The position numbers and the translations under genes are program-made. Source: Lobosporangium transversale (Eukaryota). Taken from it: 64,000 bases of DNA. The stretch covers positions 1,426,001 through 1,490,000 of the forward strand of contig NW_019028980.1 of assembly GCF_002105155.1 (NCBI RefSeq), given 5' to 3'. The notes beneath the pieces were generated by a model. It did not search any database. It was not told the DNA's origin and saw only the letters and a list, made by a program, of their open reading frames with translations. Below, in pieces: positions 1 through 12,293 of this stretch. Every line of letters starts with the position of its first letter. The first letter of the stretch is position 1.

Positions 1-931
1 GCTCAGATGCACGCCCAGAATCCCGAAATCCCAGCACCAGACAAGGATTTTATGATTGTTGCTTTGGACCTCCTTAGCGGTCTCACCCAAGGTTTGAACA
101 CCAGTGTGGAGAGCTTGGTTGCTTCCAGCCAGCCCAGTGTGCTCCAGATCCTGAGCGTCTGCTTAGCTGTAAGTAGTAGATGATTGGTTCATGCATAGAT
201 GCATTACTCATAAGCAACTCTGGCTCACTCGCTTACTCTTCTCCGACGTATCACATCCTTTTTTTTTTTTTTTTTTTTTTATAAATGATAAATAGGATTC
301 TTCGGCTGAAGTTCGTCAGTCCTCATATGCCTTGTTGGGAGACCTCGCTATTAGCTGCTTCATGCATATTAAACCTTACCTGAACGCATTCATGAATGAG
401 CTCATTGGACAAATTCAGCCCAATACCGAGCATGTCTCTGTTTGTAATAACGCCGCCTGGGCTGCAGGAGAAATTGCCCTTCAATACGGTGAAGGTATGG
501 GTGCCTGGGTTCAACCCCTTTTGGAGCGCCTGATCCCCTTGTTGACAACTGAGACCACTCCTAGGACTTTGTTGGACAATTCGGCCATCACAATTGGTCG
601 TCTTGGATTGGTTTGCCCACAGTTGGTTGGACCTCATCTTGAGATTTTTGCTGAGGCATGGTGCCATACCTGCCGCACCATCCGTGACAATGACGAGAAG
701 GACACTGCTTTCCGTGGTCTGTGTGCTATGATCCAAGTTAACCCACAGGGCTTGATCAAGAGCCTTGCCCCCTTCTGCGACGCTGTCGCTCAATGGAGTG
801 AGGTTCCTCATGAACTTGATCAACAGTTTGGAAAGGTAGGGATCCCTGACTGGACTTCATTCAACAACACTAATGCTCCTCTCTATCGTATAATGGATCA
901 ATACTGATATTCTATTTTCTTTCTCTTCCCC

Positions 932-972
<41 letters not shown>

Positions 973-1080
973 CAGATTTTGCAGGGTTACAAGAACATGA
1001 TGGGCGCCTCATGGGAAGCCTTCGCTGCCTCACTGGCCCCTGAAACCAGAACTCGTCTTGCCCAGCGCTACGGATTGTAA
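1..1080 (+). CDS. KAP104: Transportin-1 / importin beta-2 (Kap104), C-terminal part; gene runs off the 5' edge. Exons ~1-168, 296-835, 976-1080
   Basis: HEAT-repeat C-terminus with [67 protein letters not shown] and RLAQRYGL*. Both introns are GT-AG. Confidence 0.88.
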
Positions 1081-1570
1081 TGAAGCTTGATCATATCAAG
1101 GACCAATGCGTTATCGACGCATTACAAAAAAAAAAAAAAAAAACAGGCATATAGGATAATAACAAAAAAAAAAAAAAAAAAAAAAAGAAAGGAGGAACAT
1201 AAAAAAATTAACAACAACAAAAGGATAACAAAGTGGGTTTTTTCGCATTATTTTTTTTTTTTTTTACATTTTTGGCACTTTTTTTTTTTTTTTTTTTTTT
1301 TTTTGTATTTTGAGAACTATTAACAAGAGGGACTATTAAAAAAAAAGAGGGTTTAATTTCTGGGACAACACACAAAAGGTATTATGTCTGGATGAGTGAA
1401 CTGGTTCCTACATTTATTTTGTAAACTACAAACAAGGCACTTGCATCTTTCTAGGCATAAGAAAAAAGAGGGATTTAGAGACACATGAATAAACAATATC
1501 CATAACTATATATACTATATATACTATATATTTATATATTTATATACAAGTTGACTTTGAGATTAAATGA

Positions 1571-2578
1571 TTAGAATACGTCGGTAGGGTTCCAGCAATA
1601 GCGTGTTTGTTCTCCAGGAAGAGAGTACGCGTCTAATGCAATCATGTCCTAGAATACAATAAGAATAACAATGATGGAATGGAATGGCGTTAGAAAGCAT
1701 GGAAAAAAGGATAAAGAATTGTTACAATACGTCTTTCGGCCTTTTTATTTTCTTGCTTACATTTTGATCGATCTCAAAGGAAAATAGATCAATGTTGTTC
1801 CTGATACGCTCTGGATGAGTTGACTTTGGGATGACAACAGCGCCATGTTGTAAACCCCATCGGAGCAAGATCTGTGCTGCACGCTTTGAATATTCCTTTT
1901 GTCGCAAGGCATCATCATTAATGATAAAGGTTCCTGAAGGATCGCTTGTCGCCTGACCATCAACCTCCATGCTGGAAGAAACATCAGTGGTGGCGATGTT
2001 GGACGGAGTGGGGAAATACTTGCGGATCAAATCCGGCATGATATCCAGAGGACCTGGCATAGGAGCCGTATTATAATGAGCGTCCATTTCGGGTGGGGGT
2101 GAGGGGGTCAGGGAGACAAGTCTTCCTTCACCCAGGCTCGAATAGGCCTGGACCTGGATCCGATGCTGTTGACAGAACTGGATCAAGTCCATTTGTAACA
2201 AACGTGGATGAAGTTCAAACTGATGAACATGAGGAACGACCATGGTGCGAGCGACCGAGGCCTGTTCGGTCTCGGTCAAGCCGGGGGTGGCAGCGGTTGC
2301 GACCGATTGAGGTTGATCCACCAATTGGGTGAGATGTCGAAGGGTATAGTTGCTGACACCGATCGCTCGTAATTTTTTAGCATGGTAAAGATCTTCAAGA
2401 GCACGCCAGCTCCCTGCACGATTGATCGCATTCTGAGGATCCGACTGCTTTAGTTTTGTAGTCCTATACGTTCCAAATAGGGAAAAAAAAAAAAAAAAAA
2501 AAAAAAAAAAGAAAGAAAAGGAAAAGAAAAGGGAAAGCGTTATGAGGATGCCTAATTTTATCCTCGGCAAACAACAAA

Positions 2579-2612
<34 letters not shown>

Positions 2613-3122
2613 TGCTGTATGAGATGAGAAGCATACCCTGGCCAGTGGATAAGGTAGAGATCAATATAGTCAACTTGGAGATTTTCAAGAGAGGCCTGTA
2701 CAGCTTATAAATAAACAAAAAAAAAAAAAAAATGTAATTTTTGCATCATAGGAAAAGAATATCGTTAAGTTGAGTTGAATTGCGTTGCATTGTCTGTTTT
2801 TCTGTCCATCTTTTTTTTTTTTTTTTTTTTTTTTTTTACCTTGATAGCATGCCTCATAACCCTGATCCTTGGGTGCTATAACAATATTTTTATCGGTGAT
2901 TAGGGAATGAGCGAGAACTTTTTTTTTTTTTTTTTTTTTTTTTATTTTTATTTTTATCTTTATTTTATTTTATTTTTTTTACCCAACTTGCTTGTCAGAA
3001 ATATATCCTGGCGAGTCAGTCCTGGGACAAGATTCTGCTCCAAGATCCTCTTCAAACTTTTGCCGATCGCAACTTCATTCCTGTAAACGGCTGCTGTATC
3101 TAAGGATTCAAAAAAAAGCGTT

Positions 3123-3165
<43 letters not shown>

Positions 3166-3504
3166 TAACATCAAGAAGGATGTAGTAAAAGCAGTAAATA
3201 TATATATATATATATAAGAAAGCATTTACCAATAAGGCGGTATCCGGATCGGAGAGCCTCCAGAATGCATGCATCGATCATTTCCTCATCCTGGACTCTA
3301 TATGTTCCTACTGTATAAACATTTATTTTTTATAGAGTCAATTTACTTTTATTACTATTTTTTTTTTTTATTTTTATTCTTATTTTTTTTTTTTTTTTTC
3401 TTCTTCGATTTCAAGCTTAAGATTATATATTATTATCACATACATCCTACTGAGGGCATCTCAACTCCATTTGAGAGAGTGTATGAACGCGAAATCGTCG
3501 TCAT
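1571..3504 (-). CDS. Aldo-keto reductase family protein, 7 exons
   Basis: Spliced model gives LSNGVEMPSVGLGTY, GYRLIDTAAVYRNE, FLTSKL, DLYLIHWP (D-Y-K-H tetrad), AIGVSNY, QFELHP, IPKSTHPERIRNN and YCWNPT. Confidence 0.9.
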
Positions 3505-3684
3505 GTTGAAGAATAAATGAAAGTTGAAAAAAAAAAAGAATGTTTCAAAAGGAATGTAGTCAATGTCTATAAACAAGTTACATTTATATAGAGTTACACA
3601 ATTTATATACGCCTAAGTGACGTGTAATTTAAAGTTTGACAAGAAAAACACGTTCTTCGTTCTCAAAAAAAAAAAAAAGTTGCC
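3505..3684. promoter_or_regulatory. Probable bidirectional promoter (AKR / ECO1)
   Basis: Head-to-head start codons are ~180 bp apart; the gap is AT-rich with a TGACGT element near 3618. Confidence 0.5.
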
Positions 3685-6272
3685 ATGTCTGTAGCAATGA
3701 ACAAACTGACAGGATCAGACCCTATTGGGAACTCGGGACAACCAACTACGTTAGACACATCAAGGAGGTAACCGACTTCAGGCAAAGAAACTCATTGTCG
3801 TATTTCGTATTTCCCCCCTCTCTTTGCATTCAAACTGAAAACTCATTGGGCCGGCTCGCCTTATTCATCTTAGGGAATACAAGTTTCACAAGACCGTCAA
3901 AACCACCTATGGACGCACCAAACCCTCTCTTCCCTCCTCCTCCTCCTCTACTTCTTCTTCATCCTCTGAACAGGGCTCACTCTCCTCGCTAGGCCCATGG
4001 GCCAGCAACAGCAGCAACCACAGTAATGTTTTCGAGAGTTCCAACAGTACCCCCTCAAGGCAGAGACCTGAGTTTTCAAATCATTCTACGCGAGGAACCC
4101 GCTATCTGGTGGATAAATTGATCCACACTAAACTGAATTCAGATGACCATGGTTTTGGTCAAGAAAATGGAGTAATAGATGAGGATGAGGATGAGGATGA
4201 CGATGACGATGACGATGGCTTCCCAAAATCAACCCCTTCCGTTTCGCTCTCATCAAGTTCAAAGGAACAGTGCAAAAAGAACATAGGAGATAAAAGCGTT
4301 GCCTCTCTGAGAGATGGACTCGAACAGGAAGTAGATCTGATTCCACAGAAAGCAGCACCTTCCAAGCGTAGACTTGAAGCCTTGGAGACTGTAGTATCTA
4401 AACGACCAAGTCTGTGGACCAAAAAGACGTTGTCAATATCTGAAAGATACCATGATCCTGAACAACGACAGCAACAAGGCTTGGATCAACATGAAGTTCA
4501 GTCATCAGCACCTTCATCCAACCAGCAGAATCAGGCAACAGCTACCCCATTACCCATCGCTTCGACCATTCCTTCCTCGACTCCCTTGCCGATGAATTCA
4601 GGATCTAAAAAGAAGAAACCACTTGATGCTAAAAAGCACGACCGCGATTGCCATGCATCAGGGACCGGAACAACGATACCTTCAAAGCAGCCTACACTCT
4701 CGTCATTCTTCATGACCTACGCAGGCAAGGGCACTGGTATTCTCAAAAACAAATCTAGCACTGGCATTCAAAGCACTGACAGCAGCCACAACAGTAACAA
4801 CAGAACTGGCAGTAGTAACAGCAATGGCAGCAATCTAGACGTTACATCAGATGGGTCTGATATGAAGACTGAAGCTTTAACCTGTGGAAATTCGCATGCT
4901 ACAAAGACAGCAACTGTCACTAAGGAAGTTGAATCATCCAAGAAACTGGAACAGCTTTTTCTCTCTTTCCCAAAAGATCGGTCCAAACCTCCCATCATGC
5001 CCCCCACTTCTTCATCATCATCGTCACCATTACCATCACCATCTAAAAACCCCGCTGCGACTGCTAAGATGACTCTCAAAAAGCCTACAACGAAACTCAA
5101 GCGAGAGGATGATCAATTGAAGCAACATTATCAGTGCCCAAAGTGTGGCATGCCTTATGTGCGTGGACAACCTGAGGATGAGCGGACACATGATTCATAC
5201 CATCGAGCGGCCCTTGGCGGGGTTGACTATCCGGGTTATAAAAATGAGGTGGTTGTGGCGCAATTTAATGATATTGGAACAACTTCAGCAAACGACCAAA
5301 ACAAGAACCGTCGAGTTAGTGTAGGAACGTCGTCGTCATCTGCGATGGATTCTAATCTATCTAACTCACGGATCGTCATGATCTCCATGTCAGATGCTGG
5401 GAAGCCAGCCTCGCCAGTGGAGAAGAGGAAGGTAAATGGGGGGGGGGGGGGGAAGGAGAGAATGGTCTTTGTGCAAACCCATGCTTGCCCTTTTATTTAT
5501 TTATCTATTTATTTATTTACTTTTAATGATACCCTGGGAAAAGGAGGACTAAACTATAAATCTTTAATTTGTGTGTGTGTAGGTCAGGGAGGTACTCGAA
5601 GTAGTCAATAAGGAACTTGGTTCTGTTGACTTTGATCCGGAGCAACTTGAGTCGTGTAAAATATTCCTGTATATCTCAAACAAGAAAAAAGTCATTGGGT
5701 GTGTTGTTGCAGAGCGGATCAAACAAGGATTTGAAATTTTGAGTGCTGATTCAAGTCCTGAGGCTCTACCTACTTCATCATCACCATCATCATCAGCATC
5801 ATCATCATTAATATCGTCGTCAACAGCAACATTGTCATTGCCATCTTCTGGCTCCAATAGCAGCTGCAGCAGTATGGAAACAAAAATGATGGATTCTGAT
5901 AATCCTCCTGCAACTAATATATCGGGTATCAACGAGATTTCTATCTCCACTTCATTATCGGCATCATCGATTCCTTCTACTTCCTCTTCTTCTTCTTCTT
6001 CTTCAATGACAACTAGTGATCATTCGGGATCAGCCATTTTCTGTAGTATAGTCCCTCAATCTGCTATCTGTGGGATCAACCGCATTTGGGTATCAGCCCA
6101 TTGTCGACGTCAAGGAATTGCGAGTCGATTGCTGGATGCGGTTCGGGATCGATTTATCTACGCATGCAAGTTGGAGCGCAAAGATCTAGCATTCTCACAG
6201 CCGACAGGAGATGGCAAAGCGCTTGCAAGACATTATCTAGAGACGAATAAATTTTTGGTGTATGTGGAGTAG
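3685..6272 (+). CDS. ECO1: Cohesin acetyltransferase Eco1/ESCO. Exons 3685-3767, 3874-5431, 5583-6272
   Basis: PIP-like QPTLSSFF (4688-4711), C2H2 finger CPKCGMPY...HDSYH, VNKELG, and GNAT C-terminus GINRIWV...RRQGIASRLLD...AFSQPTGDGK. Confidence 0.92.
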
Positions 6273-6576
6273 TAAACTGATCATGCAAACCTTTAAGGAT
6301 TTTTTTTTTCTTACTTTATTATTGTCTTTCATTCTTTCTTTCTTGGTATCCGTAAGTTTTGTTAATATGTATATTATTGCTTTTTATTTTTTATTTTATT
6401 TTTTATTTTTTTATCCTTTTTAATATTTCTTTTTATTTGCAAATTGCTACGATACAGATTGTGTGAATGAGTGGAATGTTTTAAAAGTACAAGGAAAGCT
6501 TATGAATGAGATAGGTAGATATATATATGAATAAATGTATAATGCAAAGAGGATATATAGTATGTATATACCAAGG

Positions 6577-6608
<32 letters not shown>

Positions 6609-6612
6609 CCTT

Positions 6613-8691
6613 TTATGTAACCAGCAATGTCTGTCCAGCATACCAGGTTTCGGCTCGCTTGCTGGCAGTCCTAAAGTAAGTGGAATACTCGACTCCGATC
6701 AGCAGAGTAGCTCTCGCGAGGAGTGCTCCATCGATCAAGATTGGACCGTACCGTCCAAATCGTTCTAGCGTTCCCAAGCGCTCGTGATCAACTCTGATCC
6801 AGCCCTGTGAATCAGCCTTTGCGAGTTCTGCAGGATCACGTTCATTAGTCAGAACGAGGACAGGGGGCTTTTTTGGTTTGTTGATGCTTCTGTTATTGCT
6901 ATTGTTATCGTTGTCTATAACAGACTCCGAAAGGTGTTGCTGGCGTTTAACAAGAGCGGGGTTAATATTCTCATCATACGAGGGCACTATTGAGGTAGAA
7001 TAGTCAGAAAGTGATCTGGAAGATGAAGATCTGAAATCAAAGGAGTTGACGAGCGAAATGATGTGGTCTGTGGAAGGGTAGCATCGGTTCCAGCCGTTAG
7101 GATCTGCAGGGGATGTGATACCGAGACAGTAGTGATAAAAGTCTCCTCGACGCAAATGGACGCCAATAAAAGGTTGTGGACTGGAAGCATGGATCTCAGC
7201 ATGGACCTCGGTATCTTGGTCTTTGAAACCTCTATCTTGCTGAACGGACTCAACATTGCCTGCTTGCTCCTCTGTTTGATCTCTGGGTAAAAGTTTTTCC
7301 AAGATCTCATCAATGAAATGTTCCACCTTCTCTGTGTATCGAAAGTGCTGGCCGAACTCAACCCAGGCACGATTCACTCCTCCGGGTAAGAGTCTGTAGA
7401 CATGTCCCAGACACAAGATCTCCTGCTGATTATATTCCGGCTGTTGATACCGCTCTATGACCTTATCCATGCGCCAACGGGACCAAATAGTCTTATTGTC
7501 ATTCTCGGGATCGAGATAGGGAGTCGGAATTAGCTGTGGATCAATATTATATCTCTGCTGGAATTGGCGGCCGGTCATGTCGATCCGATGATCTGCGCCA
7601 TACCCAGCCTCACTGAAGCATTTCTGGACTGCGGGGAATTTGACTGGCCGAAAGACTGGAACTTTTTTGGCTGCTGAAGAGGGAGAGAGATTGGTTCGGT
7701 AGTTTAAAGTAAGGGTATCCGTCGAAGTCGACGTGGAAGTGGATGAGGAGGATGAAAATAAGGATGGGGATGAAGATGTAGAAGAAGATGACACGATAGG
7801 TGAACCCAACTGAATCCATCTCTTGTTCACCTTTCTCTTCCTGTCCCTTTCTTTAAAGCCCTTATCCTGGTGAATGCTGAGGGATCGCTTCATTCGTCTG
7901 CCACTGCCATTCTTATTAATGTTGTCATTATTTTTGTCGTTGTTGATACTGAATATGTCTTCTGGAACACTCGATCGCTCCACAATCCCTCTCTTGGCCA
8001 AGAAGGTATCCAGCTCTTCAAGCTTCAGGCCAGTCTTCTCAGAATAATACTCGAGATCGAAGAATTCAGACCATCTGCTTGGTGCCGGCTCAGTTTGTTC
8101 GTCACCACTGATCTCCACATGTACGTTCGGGCTCAGGTTGGGGATAAGCAAGGTCCGGTTCAGAGCCTTGGCGATCAAAGAACCATGCCAAATTGAGATT
8201 AACTGGTTCGTTATACCTGCGTAAGGAATATACATCAAATATCGAGTCTCATTCTCCTGAACTCGTTTTGAGCCATAATGATCTTGTTGTTGTTGTTGTT
8301 GTTGTTGTTGTTGATGATCACCTTTAGCAGGAGAGGTTACAGGGTTTTTGGCGGGCAAGGATGTGGGCTTAGTGATTGATTTTTTGGTAGATCGCAGTTG
8401 ACGAGTCACTTTGTTTGACGAAATTTGCCTCTGAACGTTGTCACTGGATGATGATTGCAGATCCTCTTGTCCAGGAGAGGAAGGGGAAGAAAGAGAGTTT
8501 TGATCATTCTTGGTATGATAATAAGTATTGACTCTGGTTCTGAGGGAGGTAGGACGACGAGGGGTATATGAAGAGGGAAGGTAAGAAGGAGAAGGAGAAG
8601 GAGAAGGAGCTGATGAAGAGAGGATAACCCCTATGAAGAGAAAGATGCAGCAGGCAAGCAGCACCGTGAGCAATCTTGGTGGTCGCAGCAT
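6613..8691 (-). CDS. GDP-fucose protein O-fucosyltransferase-family (O-FucT) type II membrane protein, intronless
   Basis: Likely start MLRPPR at 8691, followed by a hydrophobic anchor and low-complexity stem. Motifs YAGITNQ...AKALNRTLLIP, FIGVHLRRGDF, VLTNE and IDGALLARATLLIG..STY. Confidence 0.8.
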   Translation of the reverse strand: MLRPPRLLTVLLACCIFLFIGVILSSSAPSPSPSPSYLPSSYTPRRPTSLRTRVNTYYHTKNDQNSLSSPSSPGQEDLQSSSSDNVQRQISSNKVTRQLRSTKKSITKPTSLPAKNPVTSPAKGDHQQQQQQQQQQDHYGSKRVQENETRYLMYIPYAGITNQLISIWHGSLIAKALNRTLLIPNLSPNVHVEISGDEQTEPAPSRWSEFFDLEYYSEKTGLKLEELDTFLAKRGIVERSSVPEDIFSINNDKNNDNINKNGSGRRMKRSLSIHQDKGFKERDRKRKVNKRWIQLGSPIVSSSSTSSSPSLFSSSSSTSTSTSTDTLTLNYRTNLSPSSAAKKVPVFRPVKFPAVQKCFSEAGYGADHRIDMTGRQFQQRYNIDPQLIPTPYLDPENDNKTIWSRWRMDKVIERYQQPEYNQQEILCLGHVYRLLPGGVNRAWVEFGQHFRYTEKVEHFIDEILEKLLPRDQTEEQAGNVESVQQDRGFKDQDTEVHAEIHASSPQPFIGVHLRRGDFYHYCLGITSPADPNGWNRCYPSTDHIISLVNSFDFRSSSSRSLSDYSTSIVPSYDENINPALVKRQQHLSESVIDNDNNSNNRSINKPKKPPVLVLTNERDPAELAKADSQGWIRVDHERLGTLERFGRYGPILIDGALLARATLLIGVEYSTYFRTASKRAETWYAGQTLLVT

Positions 8692-10133
8692 CCAGATTAA
8701 TGTGATCGTGTGAGATAGAGAGAAGTAATTAAGGAGGAGAGGGAGGAGTTGTTGGGTGAAATAAGTCGAGACAAGGTGAGGAGAGAGAGAGAGAGATAGG
8801 GAGAATAAGAGGAAGAGAAAGAAAAAGAGGAAAGGGAAGAGGAAGAGGAAGAGAAAGAGGAGGAAGGAAAATAGGAAGAGAAAAAGAAAAAGAAAAAACA
8901 CAGACGATCAAGGGGATTATTTCACTATCAGATTTCAAATCAAATAAACACAATTAAGCCAGGCAGCATTAGGTTGCACATGTACCAAGTTCCTGTCTGG
9001 TTCGATCCTAATCAATTAAAAAAAACGTTTTTTTTTTTTTTTTTACAATACAAGGTCCTTGAATTGTAATTGAATTGACTCTAGCCCGTGAAATGTCGCA
9101 CGAAAAAATCAAAGGGAGTGAAAATAAAAAGATCTTGGCGTCATTCTCCTCTAGTTTGTTGAGGCCAAATCTGTATTGTAATCTGGACAACCTACAATTA
9201 CAATGAAGTAACGTCAATAGGCGTGATCATGTCAGCATTCTCAGTGGTACGATTGTTGTCTGTCAAAGTAGTTCATTGGATAATTGTCAGAGTCATCGAC
9301 GTTTTGCTGAAAGACTAACACTAAATGATATCAAAAAAAAAAAAAAAAAAAAAAAAAAGTATTGCCATACTACTTCTACGCTACGGACGTTTTAATCAGA
9401 AAGTGCTTCTGTACAAAATGACGATGATGGCCAGGTTAATGAACATGAATGACAAGTTCAAACGCTTATGCGCAGATGTGTAGACATGACAAATCAACTT
9501 GGCATAATCTCAGGCGAAAACGCGCTTCAGCTCTAGTTTTTTTTTTTTTTTTTAAAAAAAAAATACTTTCACAAGTAAAAGTGATTTTCATCGGATACTA
9601 TTTAGGCAGATTGCGCGATGTGCCTACACTATGGCTCGACTAAGCAAAAGAGTATTGATTTCTTTTTTTTTTTTTTTTTTTTTTTGTGCAACAAAGAAAA
9701 AAAAAAAAATGGACATTGGCTAACGATATTTTTTAGAAAGCTGGGATATCTCTTTACCCCCAGTTACTGTAAATTGTTTAACGGAGCTGGACAATTAGAC
9801 ATCTGTCGTGTGCATTTGGCTGCTCCGCTCAGAGATCAAATATTTTTTATTTTTCTTTTCCCGCCTGTTTCAAAAGATGACAAACACTTGAATCCATTGA
9901 GTGGTCTCATTGTTGTTTGTGTTAGTCCTTCGATCTGTAGATCCTGCTCCTTTTTTGAAATGCCATTAAGTAAATAAATGCAGAGGGAAATGGGTTTTAG
10001 CATCCGTGCATCAAAATAACTTTCCCTCGTCTTCGTCTTTGCAACAATAAAAATGTCTTGCTCTTAGGTACTGTTACAAACATCGGAATGGCTCACTAGA
10101 ACCCTTTGCGCAATCATCGTCCACTAGCAATGC

Positions 10134-10164
<31 letters not shown>

Positions 10165-10392
10165 ATTTGCCTTTTTAAGCACAGAGAAGCGACAGAAGCC
10201 TGTTTGTCAGGTGCAGCCCATCCATGAAAAGTTGGATAGTATACAAGTAGATTCGATGAGGGAAGTGCTGAACCAGTTTATCAGGACGTTGAATTTGTCC
10301 TGAAGTTCGCAGCTCCAAGTGATGAAAGAAAGTACAAAAAAAAAAAAAAAAAAAAAAAAAGGGCTAAAGGATGACAATCCTATCTGAAGAGT

Positions 10393-11061
10393 TTAATAAT
10401 GATAATAATCCTTGCTAAAGCTTGGATCTTGAATAAAGGCTGCAAGCACCTTGCTTCCTGTTTGCAAAAGAGGGTGACCAGCAACACTATAACCAGCACA
10501 CCAATAAGAGAAAATTGCAAAGTATTGATAACAGGTTTAGTTTATATTTGAACAACCTGGTGTTAGAAGCATGTGTATGACCCATATGCCATTTCAATTG
10601 TACTTACATCTGCAAAAATCGCTCCAGGCCCTCGCGACGTTGCTCAATGACTTCATCTGTGAAGCGATTAGTAAAAACTTTTCCAGGCAATGGAGGAATA
10701 TTAACTCTGGAAGACTCGCGCTCTAACACATCCCGGAACCATTCAAAGTCAGAATAACGGCGGCGGACTGATGAGTTCTTCAACTTGAAAGCTGGAATGT
10801 TTGTCTATATGGGTAGTTTTAATAATAATCATAAAAAAATTAGTCGATAGCTTTCTGACAGTGTCGCGTGCGTGCAATAAATCGACTATCTATCCCCTTA
10901 ACTATGCTCTTTTTCACCTGTTTTCATTCCGATTACGGAACGAGTTGCACAAAGAGCATTAAAAGAACAACAATTGGAACCATAGGTTGAAAAAGACGAA
11001 GGTGGTGTGTGCGCATGAACATGTGCACTTGAACTTTATGGCATATTTTCAAAAGAGGATA

Positions 11062-11102
<41 letters not shown>

Positions 11103-12058
11103 AAAAAAAAAAAAAAAAAAAAAAAGAAGGGATATAGAACACAGAAACAGACCGCGGTAGGTCATGCGGCACAAAAAAAACTTACACGGCAGACAATTTC
11201 GTAGTCAGTAAACATCTTGCGGGCAACACCTTATAAAATAGGAGAGATGCAAATCGAGCATCATTCGGTTAGTCAGTGCTCAAAAAAAAAAAAAAAAAAA
11301 AAAGGAGGCCCATCCGGGTCAGCCAACATCGAATATTTGTGCAAAGCGAGATATCAACCAGAGATATCAACCACCATCCCTGCTGTTGTTTTCTTTCCTC
11401 ATCAAGGCAGCGTCAAAGCGATGACAATCCGAGATGGAAAAGATGTCATCTTCCCTTTTTAACAGCTTTAGTAGATCTCTTTTTCAACGTCTACAGTTTT
11501 CTGGAAGCTTCCGGTTCCAGCCATGCTTTCCCAGCCTTCAAGGTCTTGTCTGACAAGAAACATCCCACGATTTCGTGATTGAAATCAATTGAGACATAAT
11601 AGCTTCCTTCCCAATAACAGAAACAAGCTCAATGTCACAAGGGAAAAAGGAAGCAGAAAGGAGGGGAAATAAAAGATAGATGATGCAGTAATCTATGTTC
11701 TGTCGGAAGCAGTCGGTAGGTGATTGATTATGTTCTGACTGAGATGGGTTGCTTCGTCCTATGCTGAATTATGTCGATTGTTATCCCCTTACCGTGGTTT
11801 TGAGGATTCCTGACTTCAATCTCCAAAAAATTTTCGGGTTCACCATAAATATCATCCAAAGTCTGGGGTTTGGATTGCCTATTAAGAAAAGCGATGGGAA
11901 TTAGCTGCTTAGCAACACAAGTTTTCCATAACGCAAAGCGAGGCCCTGTCGCTCTTTTTTTTTTTTTTTTCTTGGACAGCGAGCAAGTCATGAATAGTTG
12001 CTTACAGACGAGAGTGCTCGTCAAAGGCACGGTGGTGTGCAGTGCTGGGAGAGTTCAT
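10393..12058 (-). CDS. SNX3: Sorting nexin-3 (PX domain), 5 exons
   Basis: MNSP...[74 protein letters not shown] and [10 protein letters not shown]. Confidence 0.93.
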
Positions 12059-12293
12059 AGTTGATATATATGCTGTGGTTGAATCGATGGAAGTTGGGAC
12101 GAGTAGAATGGAATGGAAAAGAAGGAAGTACAAAGAACAAAAAGAAAAGAGGGATTACAGTATCAGAGTCGACTGACAGACAAACTGAACTTTCCTCACA
12201 AGGTCAAAGGATTGCTCAAAGCCACCGCCCACATTTTAGCTTATTCTTTTTTTTCTTGAAAAAAATTTACCACAAACTGATCAGCTTTATTAC
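12059..12293. promoter_or_regulatory. Probable bidirectional promoter (SNX3 / TRM1)
   Basis: Head-to-head ATGs are ~235 bp apart. Confidence 0.45.

Noticed and set aside
1087..1323. Numerous short poly-K/poly-F ORFs here and elsewhere, plus antisense ORFs over real genes
   Set aside because: Artefacts of homopolymer runs and codon symmetry; no domain signal.
8692..8901. F/L-rich N-terminal 70 aa of the 762-aa ORF
   Set aside because: It is translation of a CT-rich 5' leader from a GTG; the plausible ATG is at 8691.
11319..11405. Box C/D snoRNA candidate in a SNX3 intron (TGATGA...CTGA on -)
   Set aside because: No terminal stem, and the would-be guide resembles rRNA in sense rather than antisense orientation.
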